Notes: generated by a model not told the origin, from the sequence alone. Counted from the whole stretch's first letter, positions 13,701-27,388 are shown. The stretch is DNA of 63,326 nucleotides, filler included, from Catajapyx aquilonaris (GCA_000934665.2; 3 parts of 3 records of this genome joined end to end with filler, not necessarily neighbours in it); one strand, 5' to 3'. A program made the numbers and translations.

Positions 13701-16700
13701 TCTTTTCAGAGAGTCGGTATCAACGAGCCAACTTGGCTACTATACTGCGTCCATTCTTGCAATTTCAATCCTACCCACCCAATATCGCTGACCTCGCATC
13801 GCCCTTGTTTATGGTGGCGACTGATCACATACACACACACACAAAAAAAAATAGTGCGGCGTGGAACCTGAAAAACTGCTAGCAATTTGCAGATGGCAAT
13901 TCAAAATTTATTAATCGGAGTGGTTGACCGCATGATATGGATCTGTCTAGCTGTGGTAGGATATGCATGGATTTGCACTGATTTGTTAGAGGGCGTGGCT
14001 AACTATGGGATTACTCATAAAGTGCATGGGATTCGTCACGCACGAATTGAACTGCACAAGGTAGGTCAGACTGCGGTCATCATTTGTTTTTAGGCACACC
14101 ACACGCTTCCATTTGTTCAGAAGCCGCTCTAACTGCTTCAAAATTGAGCCAGAATATTTACAAACAATCTGTTTACTATAATACCGTTCTGGGTACACGA
14201 GGCCAGTCCATCACTGACACACGACTAAAGAACAGTCAAAAACATTGCTTATCTGCCTGGACATCTCGAATCCCTTCGGAGCCACGTTTCAATCAGCAGA
14301 TCGCACAATATCGTTAAAAGCGCAGAAATAAACCAGATTTGAACGCATGGGTCGTACCACATCGTTGAGTGCAAGCAGGGCAGCAAAAGCGTCCCTGGTT
14401 TAAAAAAAGAGGAAAAGGAGAGCACTTCTCCATCCAATCCCCATCGCGATTTGCCCCTTTAAGTGGGCTTTTACGAGAGCGCCTAAGAGCTAGGCGAAGC
14501 TTTTCCTAGGTTCTCTCTCTAGTTTTATATAGAACCCCCCCCCCCCCCACCACCCCACAAAACGCANAAACGCACGGCAAGGTCTCTCTTTCCCACAAGT
14601 TTGTGGGGGCGATGAGCGGGCCAAGCTCGTGAGAAAGATCGCTTTATTTGGACAGCCCAGTCAATGGAGGGGACCATTTTGAGTCGAAATTGACGTTTAC
14701 GGTCCTGAAATGGCCACACCATTCTTATTCATGGAGAGAGGGAGGGTTAAGTCTAGGGAGGGACTTTATAGTGCGAGGGGGGGTCGCTATCCAAAGTGAT
14801 GTTGAGCACACTCGGATGTGCCGTATTGGACCGACCATTCTGGGAAAGATTCTCCTTTCCCTACCATCCGCCCTTCTCTTTTTAGTGCCCTGGAAAGGTC
14901 TTAGAGACGGCTCTTCATGGTTTGTTTGCTTTGTTTCCTCCAGTTGAGAGGGGGGAAGATGGCCTTGTTGTTGCATCAGCACCGGATTCATTTCTACAGG
15001 TGGGCCATCACCTCCAGAAGGGCTGGGACCCCTAAAATTAGTTGAATACCCTACCCTATAAAAAGGTCAGTTTTTTTCCTCCTCCATCGCGGGTCACCGG
15101 CTTTAAAGCTAATCCCTGACAAAATCTGCCTGACACACCCAATCCAGTATCGACAGGCCACCTTGACATAACCCAAACGTATCACGCTCTCCGGGGCCAA
15201 CGGGGGCTTCAATTTTCCCTGGCTTATAGGCATCGCGCCAACATAATTTATGCCCACAATACATTGCCGACTGAACATGGGGACGCGCTTCGCCGATTGG
15301 CTCCCCCGGCTGGAATCAACCAATAAATACGCCGCCGGCTGGCGTTATTACGATCACTTTAATCGGGGACGCCGCACTGCTAATGGTGATTGGGACCACC
15401 AACTTTCGGAAAGACCGTATAGTCCCCAAGAAGTGTAGGATCTATAAAAAAATGTCAAGTGTCACACTGCTTCACTTTTCTTACTGTCATGCCGGGTCCG
15501 GATGTGAAAGGTCTCAAAGGGTCCATCCCTTCAATTATTATGAAAAGAAGCTTCCCATGCATGCCGGTAAAGCGTGATGAAGAGATGATGGTCATGCCGG
15601 CTACGAGAAGAAGGGGGGGCTCTACGTGTGTCGGCAAATAATTTATCACATTCGTTCCGGTGCTTCCGTGATGTCTCAATCGCATCGAGGGTCACTCCAT
15701 TTTTTAAGCCCCGCAGAATGGTGCAGAAAGCGGTAAAAAAAATTAATGTGACGGTACCCAAATTCGATGACGTCAAAAGATTCGATCTGCCCATACATAA
15801 AAGATCGGTAGAAAAAAAAACTCAGGGGCCTCCCTCCCCGCCCCCGTGCGGCCGGTTTCCCAAACAGGTCCAAAAGCGTTGTTCATTACCCTTTATAGCT
15901 TACCTGGTGGATATTATTTGGCCGGCAGTATTAGCGGGGGATTACTGCGTAAACTGTAATAACGGTGATGATCACAAGGAGTTAATGAGATGGGATATTC
16001 CTCAGTATATACAGCGCTCATTCATTGCGTAATTGAAGGGATTAGTATCGCATGATGATCCCGGCGTTTATTAGCTGCGTCCTGAGCCCACCGGCTTCCG
16101 TTCCCACGGCTTGATTATACTGAACACAGCAACTTCTGCGGACTGTACTGAGGTGGGGAGGGTTATAGGACCTGTGCTATAGGTAACAGGGCAGGGTAAG
16201 GCATCGATTCTGCCTTTCAATTGCACCTTCGATCCCATTCGATTCTTCAACCGGATTCAATTACACTTGCGGGGGGCTCGGACCGGATAGCCAACACCCA
16301 CTCAAATTCATCCTGTTCAAGACGTCCTTCCATCACGGTTCACCTCTTTAGTACTAACTGTAAGACTACTAACAACAAACAGTGTAGCCTCTCCCCAGGC
16401 CCACCACGACAACTCCCATCTAGTGGTGCCACCTACCACAAATTATGATTTCTGCTCCGGCCGGCTCCAGCCAAGAAGGACTTTTCCGGGGGACATACCC
16501 GGAATAATAGTGCCGGGACCAAAGGGAGGCGAGATGTTTAGAATCCTTTTAACCAGCCTCGTCCTATTAGACTCCGATTGGGAAATTCATTTACAAGGCC
16601 CTCGGTTGACAATGAAGGCGCGGTGCTTCGTTAGATTGGAGAAAAGGGGGGTCGACGGGGCGGGTATATAAAGTGGGGGAGGGATGGGGGGGATGTTTTT

Positions 16701-17719
16701 CTAATCCAAATTGGAGGTGGTGGGAGTTTTATCTCCATTCACCTCCCCCCCTCCACCCCCGTAACGCCATTCGCACTCCCTTTCTAGTTGCTCCACTGCA
16801 CCCCCTCCCAAGATGGAAGTAATTATTGGGAAGAGGGAGTACTGCCTCGTCTTAAATGATTTTGCCCAATTTTTGGAGCAATGGACCGACGATGATTTGC
16901 CCTCCAGGACTAGGGGATGTTGAGAATGAAGAGGTGCCAATACTCCGTTTTGCATCCGAATTGGAAGGTGAGTTTCATAAAGAGGCCTGCCGGATTCTTA
17001 AATTTCCCTCATTATTGGTCTGGAAGTGAGAGCAAAAGGAGTCGCCCACCTCGCTTTTTTTCCCTTCTTCTTCTTCTTCTTTTTCTACTCCCACCCCCCT
17101 CTCTTCGTCGCCTATTCCTCCCCATATACCGCCTTCATTCCTTCTCCCCAGCCCTTTCCAACCCTCTCCAAACTCAACTGGCGGTGGAGGAAATTGACTG
17201 GAAGCTTATTATCTCCTGGGAAATGCAGCACACTTGGATGGCCCAAAATTTGAATAGGGTCCTCTTGCTTCCCGGCCAGGCTCGATAGGCCACGTAAGGG
17301 AAAAGAGACAAGGGAATTATCATTGTTATTCGGATAGTTCAAATCAAGCCTAATCCTGTACGGAATAATTGGGTTTTCTCTTAACACTAATTCAGTGTAG
17401 TGGAAAAGCTAAGAGAGCCAATACTTCAACCGATTCATCTGCTGGGAGAGCTGCTATGTTAAACCCTAATCACAGGAATTTACAGCTTCCAATGAACATC
17501 CATAAAACAGAAGTAGGCACTTAAAAAAGGTAATGAGCAACACATAAAAAATGACGCCCTGTACAAACAACAGGCTAAAATGCTATAGATGAAATAGCAC
17601 CCAGCACAACTATTTCTTCGAAACACGAGCCGCGCTGATTATAGTAAGTCTCGTGCATGTAAAACACAGCAGGTTTACAAATCGATTCCTATAACACACG
17701 CCCACTTCTCATGCGCACC

Positions 17720-17885
17720 GCGAGTTTATGAATTAATCTACAGATGCATCAATCATTTCAAGATTTACGTTCCAAATTACAATTCACGTTCACCCTCGCT
17801 CGATAATTGGTCACATTTAAATATCGGTTTCCAATCATTGTCACTCTCGCTGCAACCCAAAATATGCATACGATTAATCAACATT
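17720..17885. promoter_or_regulatory. Candidate intronic enhancer with Pbx/Hox-type motifs
   Basis: ATCAATCA (Pbx consensus, 17748-17755), TTTATG, AGATTTAC, CCAATCA, TGTCA and several TAAT/ATTA cores in about 165 bp of exd intron. Motif-only evidence. Confidence 0.35.
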
Positions 17886-20344
17886 TTGCATTTTGTTCAT
17901 CTCTGCCGCAGTGAAGCAAGAAAACCCGTTGTTGCTGACCATACTGGCTGATCGCCTTTTGACCCATATGAAAATTTTTGCCCTCCTATTCTGGAACACA
18001 TTTTATGAGTAGGCAGGGAAGGGGGAGGGGAGGGGAGGGGGGCTCATGTTCTTGCCTATATACAGAAGGTCTCGGAAGAGCATCTGCAGCCGAGTAATTG
18101 GCTCGAACATCCAGGCATCCATTGCACTCGAAGGGCACATTCCGACTCGGCCGTGCTAACCACCCCCTTCCTCCGCTATCTCCCCTACTCTCTCTTTCTG
18201 CGATGGAGAGAGAAGAAGGAGAAAAAAAGGAAGAAGAGATAGAAGAGAGAAAAGGAGAACTGCCTCCAATTTCTACCCATCTTGCCCTCATCGATTTATT
18301 CACCTCCCCAATTTCCTAGGGCCCACTGGAAAAAGTTCAGACCAAGCCACGTGGTCGCCCCCTAATACAAGTACATATACTCCAATATCAATATTCACAA
18401 AAATATGTACAGTACAGTAATACCATTGCTTAGGGGGCTAAATTCCATACAATTTTCCAGTGTTTTAAAAAAAACAGCACGGCGCTAATGGCCGAAGCAA
18501 TTATATTTGTACAAAAGTTACGTCAGCGTCGCAGGCAATACCACACTAAAACTTAATAAAAAATTACTCCGGGGTTAATGAAGTCGAACCCATCCGCTGC
18601 AAACGAGCGCAAGAAAAATCTGGCCACAAATGTTTTGCCGCGGGCTCAGCAAAGCACCCGGCACAAAAAAAATAGTGGGGGGGCCATATCCCCAACTCCT
18701 CTTCACCCTATTGTCAGGACATGTCAAAGGAACTCCCTGTAACAAATGACGGCTCCTATGCGGAATGACAGCACCGCATTGTCTCTGCCAGGGAGCCGTG
18801 GGGGCCAAGGCAAGATCGGACCACTCTCTGGCTACGTCCCTTGGCTTCTCATACGAGGATCTCACCTCAACCATGTTTTAAGCAATAGCTCTCATCTTTC
18901 TCGCCCGAGAGGAAATGACTACAGAAGACTGAAAAAAATAAGGGAGAGAAGAGAAGAAAAAAACCTGGAGACATGAAGATAAGAAACAAAACAAAAGAAG
19001 AGAGAAAAGTTTCCGCTTGGGAAGCAGTGATAAGGGCTCTGACATCCCTCCGGCACTATCTGGTGCCCCTATCTGCACTTTTTTTTCCTTCATTCTGTGC
19101 GACAACACTTTTTTCAAAAAGAAAAAAAAAAGATATCTTCCCCCGTTGAAATTATTGCTTGTGAATACACTTAACGGTTGATGCTGAAATTGTCAGTCGA
19201 TAAATAATGGAGCTGTCCCACATCGTGCATTATCGCCCCCAAAAATGCCATTTCTGAGCAGTCGACTACAAAAACAATGGCAACAACAAGAAGAAAAAAA
19301 AAGGTGGGCACTTGGCAGCCAAGTACAAAATCCCCCCCTCCACTTCCAGAACCCGCGTGACACTTAACCTACTGGAAAAGCCATCTTAAGGGACCGTCTG
19401 CAGCTTCTGGGATGGCCCACTTGATTAGCCATCGAGGTGCAAACGTCCCCATGTTCCTTCCGGGGGTCTACTTGCCCTTCCACTCTTCTTCCCCTCCCCC
19501 CCTTCCCCCACCAACCAAACGCCCAAGTGCTCATAGACACACTTTCCGACTGATACTGATCAGAACCGCCGGCTTCAATCACCAGGTGACACTACTCACC
19601 CACCCGTTGAGCTTGCGAATCAGGCAACACGTACCAGTGTACATACCTGAAAAGATGGAGAAACAATCGTTTAGGTACATAGAATATGTGCAAAAAAATT
19701 AATGTACTACTCTGTGTCATCGCCAACTTTGCGGAACAATGTGCAATTTTTCCACAGCCATAACGGCTCACCAGGGTCATTTTTTCCTGTACAGGGTCAA
19801 TACACACTTCATGACAGGCACACGTTTCTGTCTCTCCCCCTTTTCCAACTCACTAACAGTCCTAATGACAGATATTAAACGAGAGACTAAACAAACGCCG
19901 ATTCGGGACGATTATGTCAACGCAGAAAAACCCCTCGTAACGGATGCAGAGCCACGTGCGAGCGATAAATCACTCCCGCTCTTTTTTGAAACGTCCACAT
20001 ATTTAAATTATCGAGCCGATAAAATTATGTAATTCCTCTCCGGGCTTATCTCCCCATCCACGCTGTGCTCTCCAATTACTTTGTGTGCCACTGCAGACTC
20101 CTCTTGCAAACCAAAATCCCCCATGGATTTTTTCCTCCCCACTTTCCTCCGGGCTTTCTTCGAAGGGTAAAAAAAACCCGGCACATTCGTCTTTTTTTCC
20201 GGGAGATTCCGGAAGAACAAATGGACGTCTCCCTTAACCACTTTCAATGCATCTTGTTGGGTAGAGAGGGGGGTCTCGGCCACAAAAATTCGGCCCTATC
20301 ACAATCCACCCATTGCAATTCACTCTGCTCAGTTTCAAAACTAC

Positions 20345-20941
20345 CTGTCAGCCATGTTTCCCTCCCAGCACAAAGCTGGGCTAGGGTTCGAATCCATCAC
20401 CGATGTGTTGCTCTTCCAAGACAATGCCAGAATCCATCACAGGACCCCGGAAACGATTGGCAATCATCGACCCACCCTACAACTGTCACTGTTCTCCTTC
20501 ACTAGATCAAGGTCAGCGTGGTAAACATCCTGTGTCATTTGTCACCTTGGAGCACACCCCCGCAAACTGGATGCTCTTTTGTTATGATTGCGGAGTGATT
20601 AATGACAGATTTTACTCCCGCCGGTTCCCCGCTGTCACTTGACTACTAGTGACAGGCGCTAGTCATCTGAGCTCCGCAGCATCTCAATCAGATCTGTAGT
20701 GCTGAAGCCCCTCGTCGTATCAGTGTGTCACCACCCCCTCGTGTCTGGTGACGTTTTCTGTCACATAGCTCAATGAGTCGCCGCCACTTGCCAGAGGGGC
20801 GGCCTACCCTATTAAGAACCCCTCTTTTTCATGCCTGTCATTGTTGTCATAAGCAAATGTAAATAATGTACATTTTTTTTTCTTCAAAAAAATCAGATTT
20901 ATAAGGGCACCCCCGTTAGTTCCACCCCGTGCCAATTGACA
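20345..20941. promoter_or_regulatory. Candidate Homothorax/Meis-Exd-Hox enhancer (TGACAG cluster)
   Basis: Seven TGACAG/CTGTCA (20345, 20483, 20603, 20632, 20650, 20758, 20835), five more TGACA/TGTCA, and TGATTAAT (20596-20603) overlapping a TGACAG. Confidence 0.5.
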
Positions 20942-20993
20942 AAGGCTGCCCTCTTAGTGGTCGAATTCACCTTGAAGCAATGCCTGATGCGTA

Positions 20994-21093
20994 NNNNNNN
21001 NNNNNNNNNNNNNNNNNNNNNNNNNNNNNNNNNNNNNTTAATTAATTAANNNNNNNNNNNNNNNNNNNNNNNNNNNNNNNNNNNNNNNNNNNN
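20994..21093. other. Assembly gap / artificial contig spacer
   Basis: 100-nt block of Ns with a central TTAATTAATTAA (stops in all six frames). Confidence 0.97.
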
Positions 21094-21538
21094 ATGTTGC
21101 CTGACTTCAGTGCAGTTCCAGAATGTCGACTTACCGCAATCTCCAAGTCTAGTGCTTGCTTTTGGAATTTTGTCTGATTTATAGAATTAGTGGAATGGTA
21201 GGCTACTTCCAAAAATAGCCACTTGGATTTACTAGTGTTCATTCATTCATCATCACGGTATTTTTTCTCTCTCTCTTGTTACGTGTAGTCAGGAAGAAAA
21301 GATGCAATTTCATCCCTAATTATGAACTAAAAAGGCAGCTCTAATTTCAATAAGAACAGGGCTTTATAATCAAATGGCGACAGATTAGGGAAGCCTGACC
21401 TGTTTTGTTCTGAAGGCGCCTTTTCATCCTAATTGAGCCCCAACTCCATCGACAACCTCCAGGAACCATTTTATGGCTGGAAAATGTTTTAAGGAAGCAT
21501 TGCATCAGGACATTATTGGGCATATTTGAAGGGGTTAA

Positions 21539-21652
21539 CCACTTCGGTACTCCGCGGAGTATCGCAGTAGGCTACTCCGGTGTATACCTGCACTGGTACT
21601 CCATGGTACTCCTTGAATTGGGTACTCCAGTGTACACTTTACAGTAGAGTGG
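21539..21652. mobile_element. Small TTAA-flanked MITE (piggyBac-like)
   Basis: TTAA|CCACT...AGTGG|TTAA with internal GGTACTCC repeats. The TIR is short. Confidence 0.45.
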
Positions 21653-22591
21653 TTAACCTCTTGGCATATTTATTGTAATATTTACGGTAAGTCCCCATGT
21701 ACTGGGTGACTCTAAAGTCAGCTAGGATTCACAGGTAATTGGATTGTATTGATGATTTTCAGTTATACCAACTCAAAGTGCCATGTGTACCAACTCATCC
21801 TTTACTGCAGTGCACAGTAGGCCAGGCGGACGGGTTACTTGGCCATAATGTCAAAAAATGCGACTTTTAAAAATCGGATAGAAATATATGCCTTTCAAAT
21901 CTACAAAACCTGAGGACCTTACCCTTCAGTTCTGTAAGTAGCCTAATATCCATGGGCGCCAGAAAAAATAAAAATTCTGGGAAGATTTTGAGAGTGTCGG
22001 AAATTGCTAATGAAATTCTCCATGTTTGAGATTTTAATGTGGAGAAAATTATTGATCACAGCAACAAATATTGACTGAATACGATGTTTTGGTTCCTTTT
22101 AAGTAATGGTAAATTGAATATGACTTCATTGTTGGAGATTTTGATTAAGAAAAATATCAGGTGATATGGCAGTGCAGATTAATGACCCTCTCTTTCACAT
22201 TGTAGACTTTTAAAAAAACGGTCCCCAAGGTACCCCAGGTATTTTATTGTCACAAGGGTGAGAAACCCTTGGGGAAGTGTGTGCAACAGTTTTCCTTTGC
22301 TCAAAATTGCCCCTTTTTGAGATATCGCACCATCAACACAACCGTGCGAAATGCGTCAGAGGGCTGGGGAGGCACGCCCGGGCTCTTGACTGGTAGTTTT
22401 GTGCGAGTGCAGTGAGAGGTTAGACGTTGGTTGAACTCAGACAACAGCCACAGGTTGTCAGGTGAGTATTCGCAAAATGTGCGTGCATGCAGTTATACAG
22501 GGTGTCCCAATACAAATACGGATCAGAAATGACTTAGGACCCTAAAAATCAGCTCATATCGTTATCTGTGAAAATACCGCTGAGTACTCTG

Positions 22592-22809
22592 CACACAAAA
22601 CAATATATGTGTCGAATGACACAGGCAAGGTGTGTCAATCCTGTGCCTGGGAGGACACACATACAGTGTGTCACATGACTATGACACCCATGCCATGTGT
22701 CATATTGACACAGTGATGTGTGTCACCTGACACATATAGAAATGACACACTCAAAGTGTGTCGTCCCAGGCACAGAATGACACACCTGGGGTTACACATG
22801 TATTGCGTG
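22592..22809. mobile_element. Palindromic MITE with CAC..GTG ends and TGACAC/GTGTCA subterminal repeats (EnSpm/CACTA-like)
   Basis: Ends cacacaaaaca / tgtattgcgtg; inverted tgtgcctgggaggacacac / gtgtgtcgtcccaggcaca; many TGACAC repeats in both orientations. No clear TSD. Confidence 0.45.
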
Positions 22810-22982
22810 CCATTTCACAGAAGAAAATCCTACGGAAACAGCTCCCCCATCAGCAGGGGCAGATATGTATACTGCTGATTGACTGCTGTTGGGAACCAGA
22901 TGCACCAGCCGCTGTAACACGCTCCAAATGAAAAGATACAAGTCATCAATGCATCAAAAAAAAAATATTGAAGTGATACAAT

Positions 22983-23370
22983 CAGTGCCGGAATTACGTA
23001 TGCAAGCTAAGCAAGCTTTAGCCATCCACACACTCTCTTTGGGGGGGCCCAAAAAATATAAAGGGTAGAAAAAAATGACCTAAAAACAAATAAATTAAAA
23101 CCTATACATACAGGATACAGCAATGAGTGTAATGCTTGTATACAAAGTCGTACTTATACTGTACAATGAATCATGATTAATATAATGATCAATATAATTA
23201 GTCCTGTTAAATTTTTAAAAATGTACAGTCATGTATAGTATAGGTATTATTTATGAATGGTACAGGTTATAAAACTTAATATCATATTAATAGTGTTGTC
23301 TAATTATTACTAGTTTGCATCATACATTTACACCTAGCTTAGGCCCTCATCAAACCTAAATCCGGCAATG
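22983..23370. mobile_element. hAT-type MITE
   Basis: TIR CAGTGCCGGAATTA / TAAATCCGGCAATG with an exact 8-bp TSD GATACAAT (22975-22982 and 23371-23378). Confidence 0.8.
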
Positions 23371-23390
23371 GATACAATTAGGCCTTATGC

Positions 23391-24522
23391 CTACTCCAAC
23401 TTTTTCTTTAATATCTCCACATACTTGGGGAGGGGGGGCACATATGGCGGGATTCCCACAGCATACCGCTGTAGGAATGAATAGGTCTTCAGACATTTTG
23501 CCGGATACTTGATGTCCACTACATATGAGGAAGCAATGGCACTTGCCATGGCTTCTATGACGTTGTCCATTGCTGGCACAAGAAGTTCACCATTGAGGAA
23601 CAAGTTAACCAGGCAAACTTGCGTCCATGGATCTGATCCCCGGTCCCACACCAAGACTGCCTCTCCTGGTAGGGCCTGCAAAAAAGGAAGAGTACGGTTA
23701 ATAGCTGCCATATTTAAATGCTGCTCATATTTTTAAATATGCTTACTCCTGGTGACTGGGCATTGTGGATGATGTGGGCTCTCGCAACAGTGCTGCCAGT
23801 CCCAGAAGCCACAGGAGGGCAGCCTTGTAGGGCTCCGGAGTTCTCGAATGTCTGTACCGGTCTAAAAGCTGCTCACCAGCTGCAGAAGTGCTGAGGATCT
23901 TGAAGAGTTTAGCACTGGTGCAATCAAAATATTGCACCAGCTTCTCCCTGACATCCACTACCACCATCCTCTTCATTTCAGCAACAAGCTGAAAGAGGTG
24001 TTATATAAATTATTCATACACTCTCATCTCTGATCGATTGTCAACTTACCCCTTCCTTGCTGAAAAGAGGCGGATACTTCGCTAGTAATTCCTTTGTCAG
24101 CTCTGCAGTTGGCAAGGAAGAACTTTGTACCTGGATCCTCCTGCCCGGATAGGTAAGGTCCATCAACCTGTTGATCTTGTCAGAATCAGAATGAACCTGA
24201 AATTGAATTAGCACACACAGTACTTCATGGACAATGCTGCAAACAAACTGATGGAACAGCTAGAGAACAAATAAGCCTATATTTTCATAAGAAACTGGTA
24301 TGGCATTACTTTGACAACAAGCCTGTTAATGCACCTCCATACAAAACAAACAATATGCAATTTAGTGAACTATATAGAGAATGGATGATGATAATTGTGT
24401 AAGGTGCATATCTCCCATAATATGCTTATGTGGCAAATGAAATATAATTATTGACCTTCTTGATTTCCCGGAGAAGGGCCTCCCTGTGGCAGTTCATTGA
24501 TAATTCATCTTCTCCTTCTGAT
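23391..24522 (-). pseudogene. Spliced SAMD3-like (C-terminal domain) gene remnant, probably transposon-associated
   Basis: Four GT-AG exons: 24456-24522 (SEGEDELSMNCHREALLREIKK), 24050-24196 (VHSDSDKINRLMDLTYPGRRIQ...LLAKYPPLFSKEG), 23747-23988 (LVAEMKRM...LLREP) and 23391-23675 (...SSYVVDIKYPAKCLKTYSFLQRYAVGI...). The pattern LM..T...RR / YP.LF / Y...I.YP......FLQR resembles SAMD3-like proteins (recognised from memory, not searched). A frameshift is needed near 23775 to splice exon 3 to exon 4, and the first exon is cut by the 24523-27388 insertion. Confidence 0.6.
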
Positions 24523-27388
24523 GGGCTAATTCCACGCGTGACTTACACGACATGACACTCAGTTTATGCCTAACATTTAATTTTTTAAAGCGCAAACTTA
24601 GCATTTAAGGAAAGGGTGTTTAAACCTAAATATGCACTTTGTATCTAAGTGTTAATTAATGTTTGGATTTTAACAGTTGCACATTTCATTTGAGTTATAT
24701 AAAGGAATGTGTGACTTACACAAGAAAGCCACTGGTAATGGAGGCTTCAGATATGAATGTAAAATTCTTCACATTTACGGCTTAAATATTAGTGTTATTG
24801 TAGGGAGGATATTTTCAAAGATCCAAATTAAAATATTATTATGTGAACTTTGTGTTATGTTATTAATTTTACAAGAAATAATTTTTTCTTTTGTGAATTA
24901 CACGACACTCGAGACGTGACTTACACGACACTGTTGTCCTCATTGCTTTCTGATGAAGTTTATGACAAGAATTTTAGATTTTTAGGACAGAAACAAAGTA
25001 ATCTCTCTTATTACATGTTATTTTATTAAAACATTTAAATGATAGGCCTATAGATGAGAATGTGCAGGGCAACAATTCTTATAATTAACATTTGAACATG
25101 TATAATGTGTGTACCTGAGTTATAGCAGTGGATTCATTGTATTGCCATGTGAGATGGCCAGGTGTGATACCTGATGGTCATCGCTGGCCACCCTGTCATG
25201 GGATATAATGCCATGCAGGCGGAATGTGTATAGGTTACTACAATGTATGTAGTCTATATGTCTGTATAAAATGGTTTATAAATTCGTATAATTTGCCCAA
25301 CAAAGAATGTAGTGATTACTGTCCATTACATTTTTGCAGTCAATGACAATCCAGTTATCTGCTTTATTATCTGTACAACTAAAAGCAGATTCCATACTAT
25401 TTGTAGATTTTGCAGGCAAATTACACGTCTGGGATGAATTAGCAGGTATGAGTACCAGAAGTCTGTGGTACAATGCCTTTAACCCTTTGATGACGGAGTT
25501 TTTGAAGGCTTGCATTACCCCAGGGCCTGAGTTTTTTTTCCCCCCTTTTCCGGAAATTTTATGACCTCGCCGATTTTCTTCAAATTCGGTGCATTGGTAG
25601 CCCACACCAAGGGATGAAAAACGCACCTATAGTTACCTGATCTAAATGACCTCGTGACCTAATTCTGAGGAGGGCAGAGGTAAAATTCCAACCTCACCGA
25701 TTTTCTTGAAATTCGGGGGTTACACACTTACATTTTTTGCGTACACGTGCTACCCGCCTTAGTGAATCACAAGGGAGACTTTGCAAGTTCCAGTCACAAA
25801 TTTTCCTGAAATTCGGCGCATTGACATATGTCCCCTCCAATATGGGTCACAGGGTCATGTCGAGCAGGGAACTATAGGTGGGTTTGTCATCCCTTGGTGT
25901 GGGCTACTAATGCACCGAATTTGAAGAAAATCGGCGAGGTCGGAATTTTATGATTTGACCTCTGTCCCCCTCAAAATTGGGTCACAGGGTCATTTTGATC
26001 AGGTCACTATAGGTGCGTTTCTCATCCCTTGGGGTGGGCTACCAATGCACCGAATTTCAAGAAAATCGGTGAGGTCGAAATTTGACCTCTTCCCCCCTCC
26101 AATATGGGTCACAGGGTCATTTCGAGCAGGGAACTGTAGGTGCGTTTTTCATCCCTTGGGGTGGGCTACCAATGCACCGAATTTCAAGAAAATCGGTGAG
26201 GTTGAAATTTTTTGCGTTGAAAAATGACCCAAGTTGGCAGGGCAAATCTTCGGACATCATATGATGTCCGTAGGCCCTCCAGCAATGCAAGCTCGGAAAT
26301 CATATGATGGCCGTAGGCAGCAAAGGGTTAAAAAGTCAAGTTAAAAATTAACAATATAAAACGGAAGAATGGAAGCATTGGAAATAAGAGAATGTTCTAG
26401 TTCATAATGTCCAAGTGTACTGAAATAATGAGATTTCCTTAGTCAGGAAAAAAACAACTTCTTTTCTAGTAGGAGTTCACATTTCACCAAGCGTAGCTAT
26501 TCTTCTTTAAAGGTACTTTGATTCAATGAATATAATATTAATATTTGGATAAACTCTATTGGAAACTTCTGCCAATTCTCCAGCTGTGTTTGGATCAAAC
26601 TGTCTGGCATTGATGGCTTCTCAAACTCTACAATTTACCTTCAAAGCTTCTCTCTCACTAAAAGTCACAATTTTTTTTTAAATTACACCTTCCTTTTTGC
26701 CTTTCCAATGCACTTATCTAGGACAGCGCTTACTTCCCTTTTTGCTTTAACTATGACATTTGCTTTTTCTTCCATTCCACTATACTGTAAGTGCCATTTT
26801 AACAGCCGGGAAACAATAGTGACAGTGGCATCCAAGCGGTAGTGTGACTTACACGACAAGAATTAAATGGCCATAATAATGTTCAGACAAAAATTACCTC
26901 AAAATTATTACTATTATTTGAAGGGTCCTACTGTGTAGTGAGAAGGTAATTAATATAAACTTTTAGATTTTGGTACTACAGCTAAAAATTATTTAAAAAA
27001 GGTCCAAAAACTGTGACTTACACGACACACAAAGATGGTATTTAAACTGGCTAATATTTATGCTGAATAAGTCATTGCAATGGAAAGAAATATATAGTAC
27101 ATTCATCCAGTTCTTGTGTGATAGAAATCACAGTTTACTGCATGAAAAACACTAGCTTACTTGTTGAACTATGAAGATTTTTTATGCAGCCTTAGAACAA
27201 AGAAATTTGCACACCCGCCATATTGGAAATAAACAGTGTTGTTAACTTGAATGTATGTGAAAATTCTCTAATATCAGTTCAAAAATAAAAAATACACAAT
27301 CTCAGCTTTCAGAAAATACCATAATATCATAGAAATAATTTAATTTAAAATCTGACCCTGATGTATACTTTTGCATGGAATTAGCCTC
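24523..27388. mobile_element. Non-autonomous DNA transposon with GGGC/GAGG termini and 4-bp TSD (Sola-like)
   Basis: TIR GGGCTAATTCCACGC / GCATGGAATTAGCCTC; flanks TGAT (24519-24522) and TGGT (27389-27392); six same-orientation GTGA(C/A)TTACAC repeats (24538, 24711, 24893, 24916, 26844, 27013) concentrated near the ends. Confidence 0.6.
25483..26327. mobile_element. piggyBac-type MITE with internal ~130-bp tandem repeats, nested in the 24523-27388 element
   Basis: TTAA|CCCTTTG...CAAAGGG|TTAA; about three tandem copies of a unit (gggtcacagggtcat...ctaccaatgcaccgaatttcaagaaaatcggtgagg) at ~25830-26215 and an inverted copy at ~25555-25650. Confidence 0.8.

Noticed and set aside
21038..21049. 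TTAATTAATTAA palindrome inside N-runs (also 42295-42306)
   Set aside because: Artificial six-frame-stop spacer centred in identical 100-nt N blocks; not biological.
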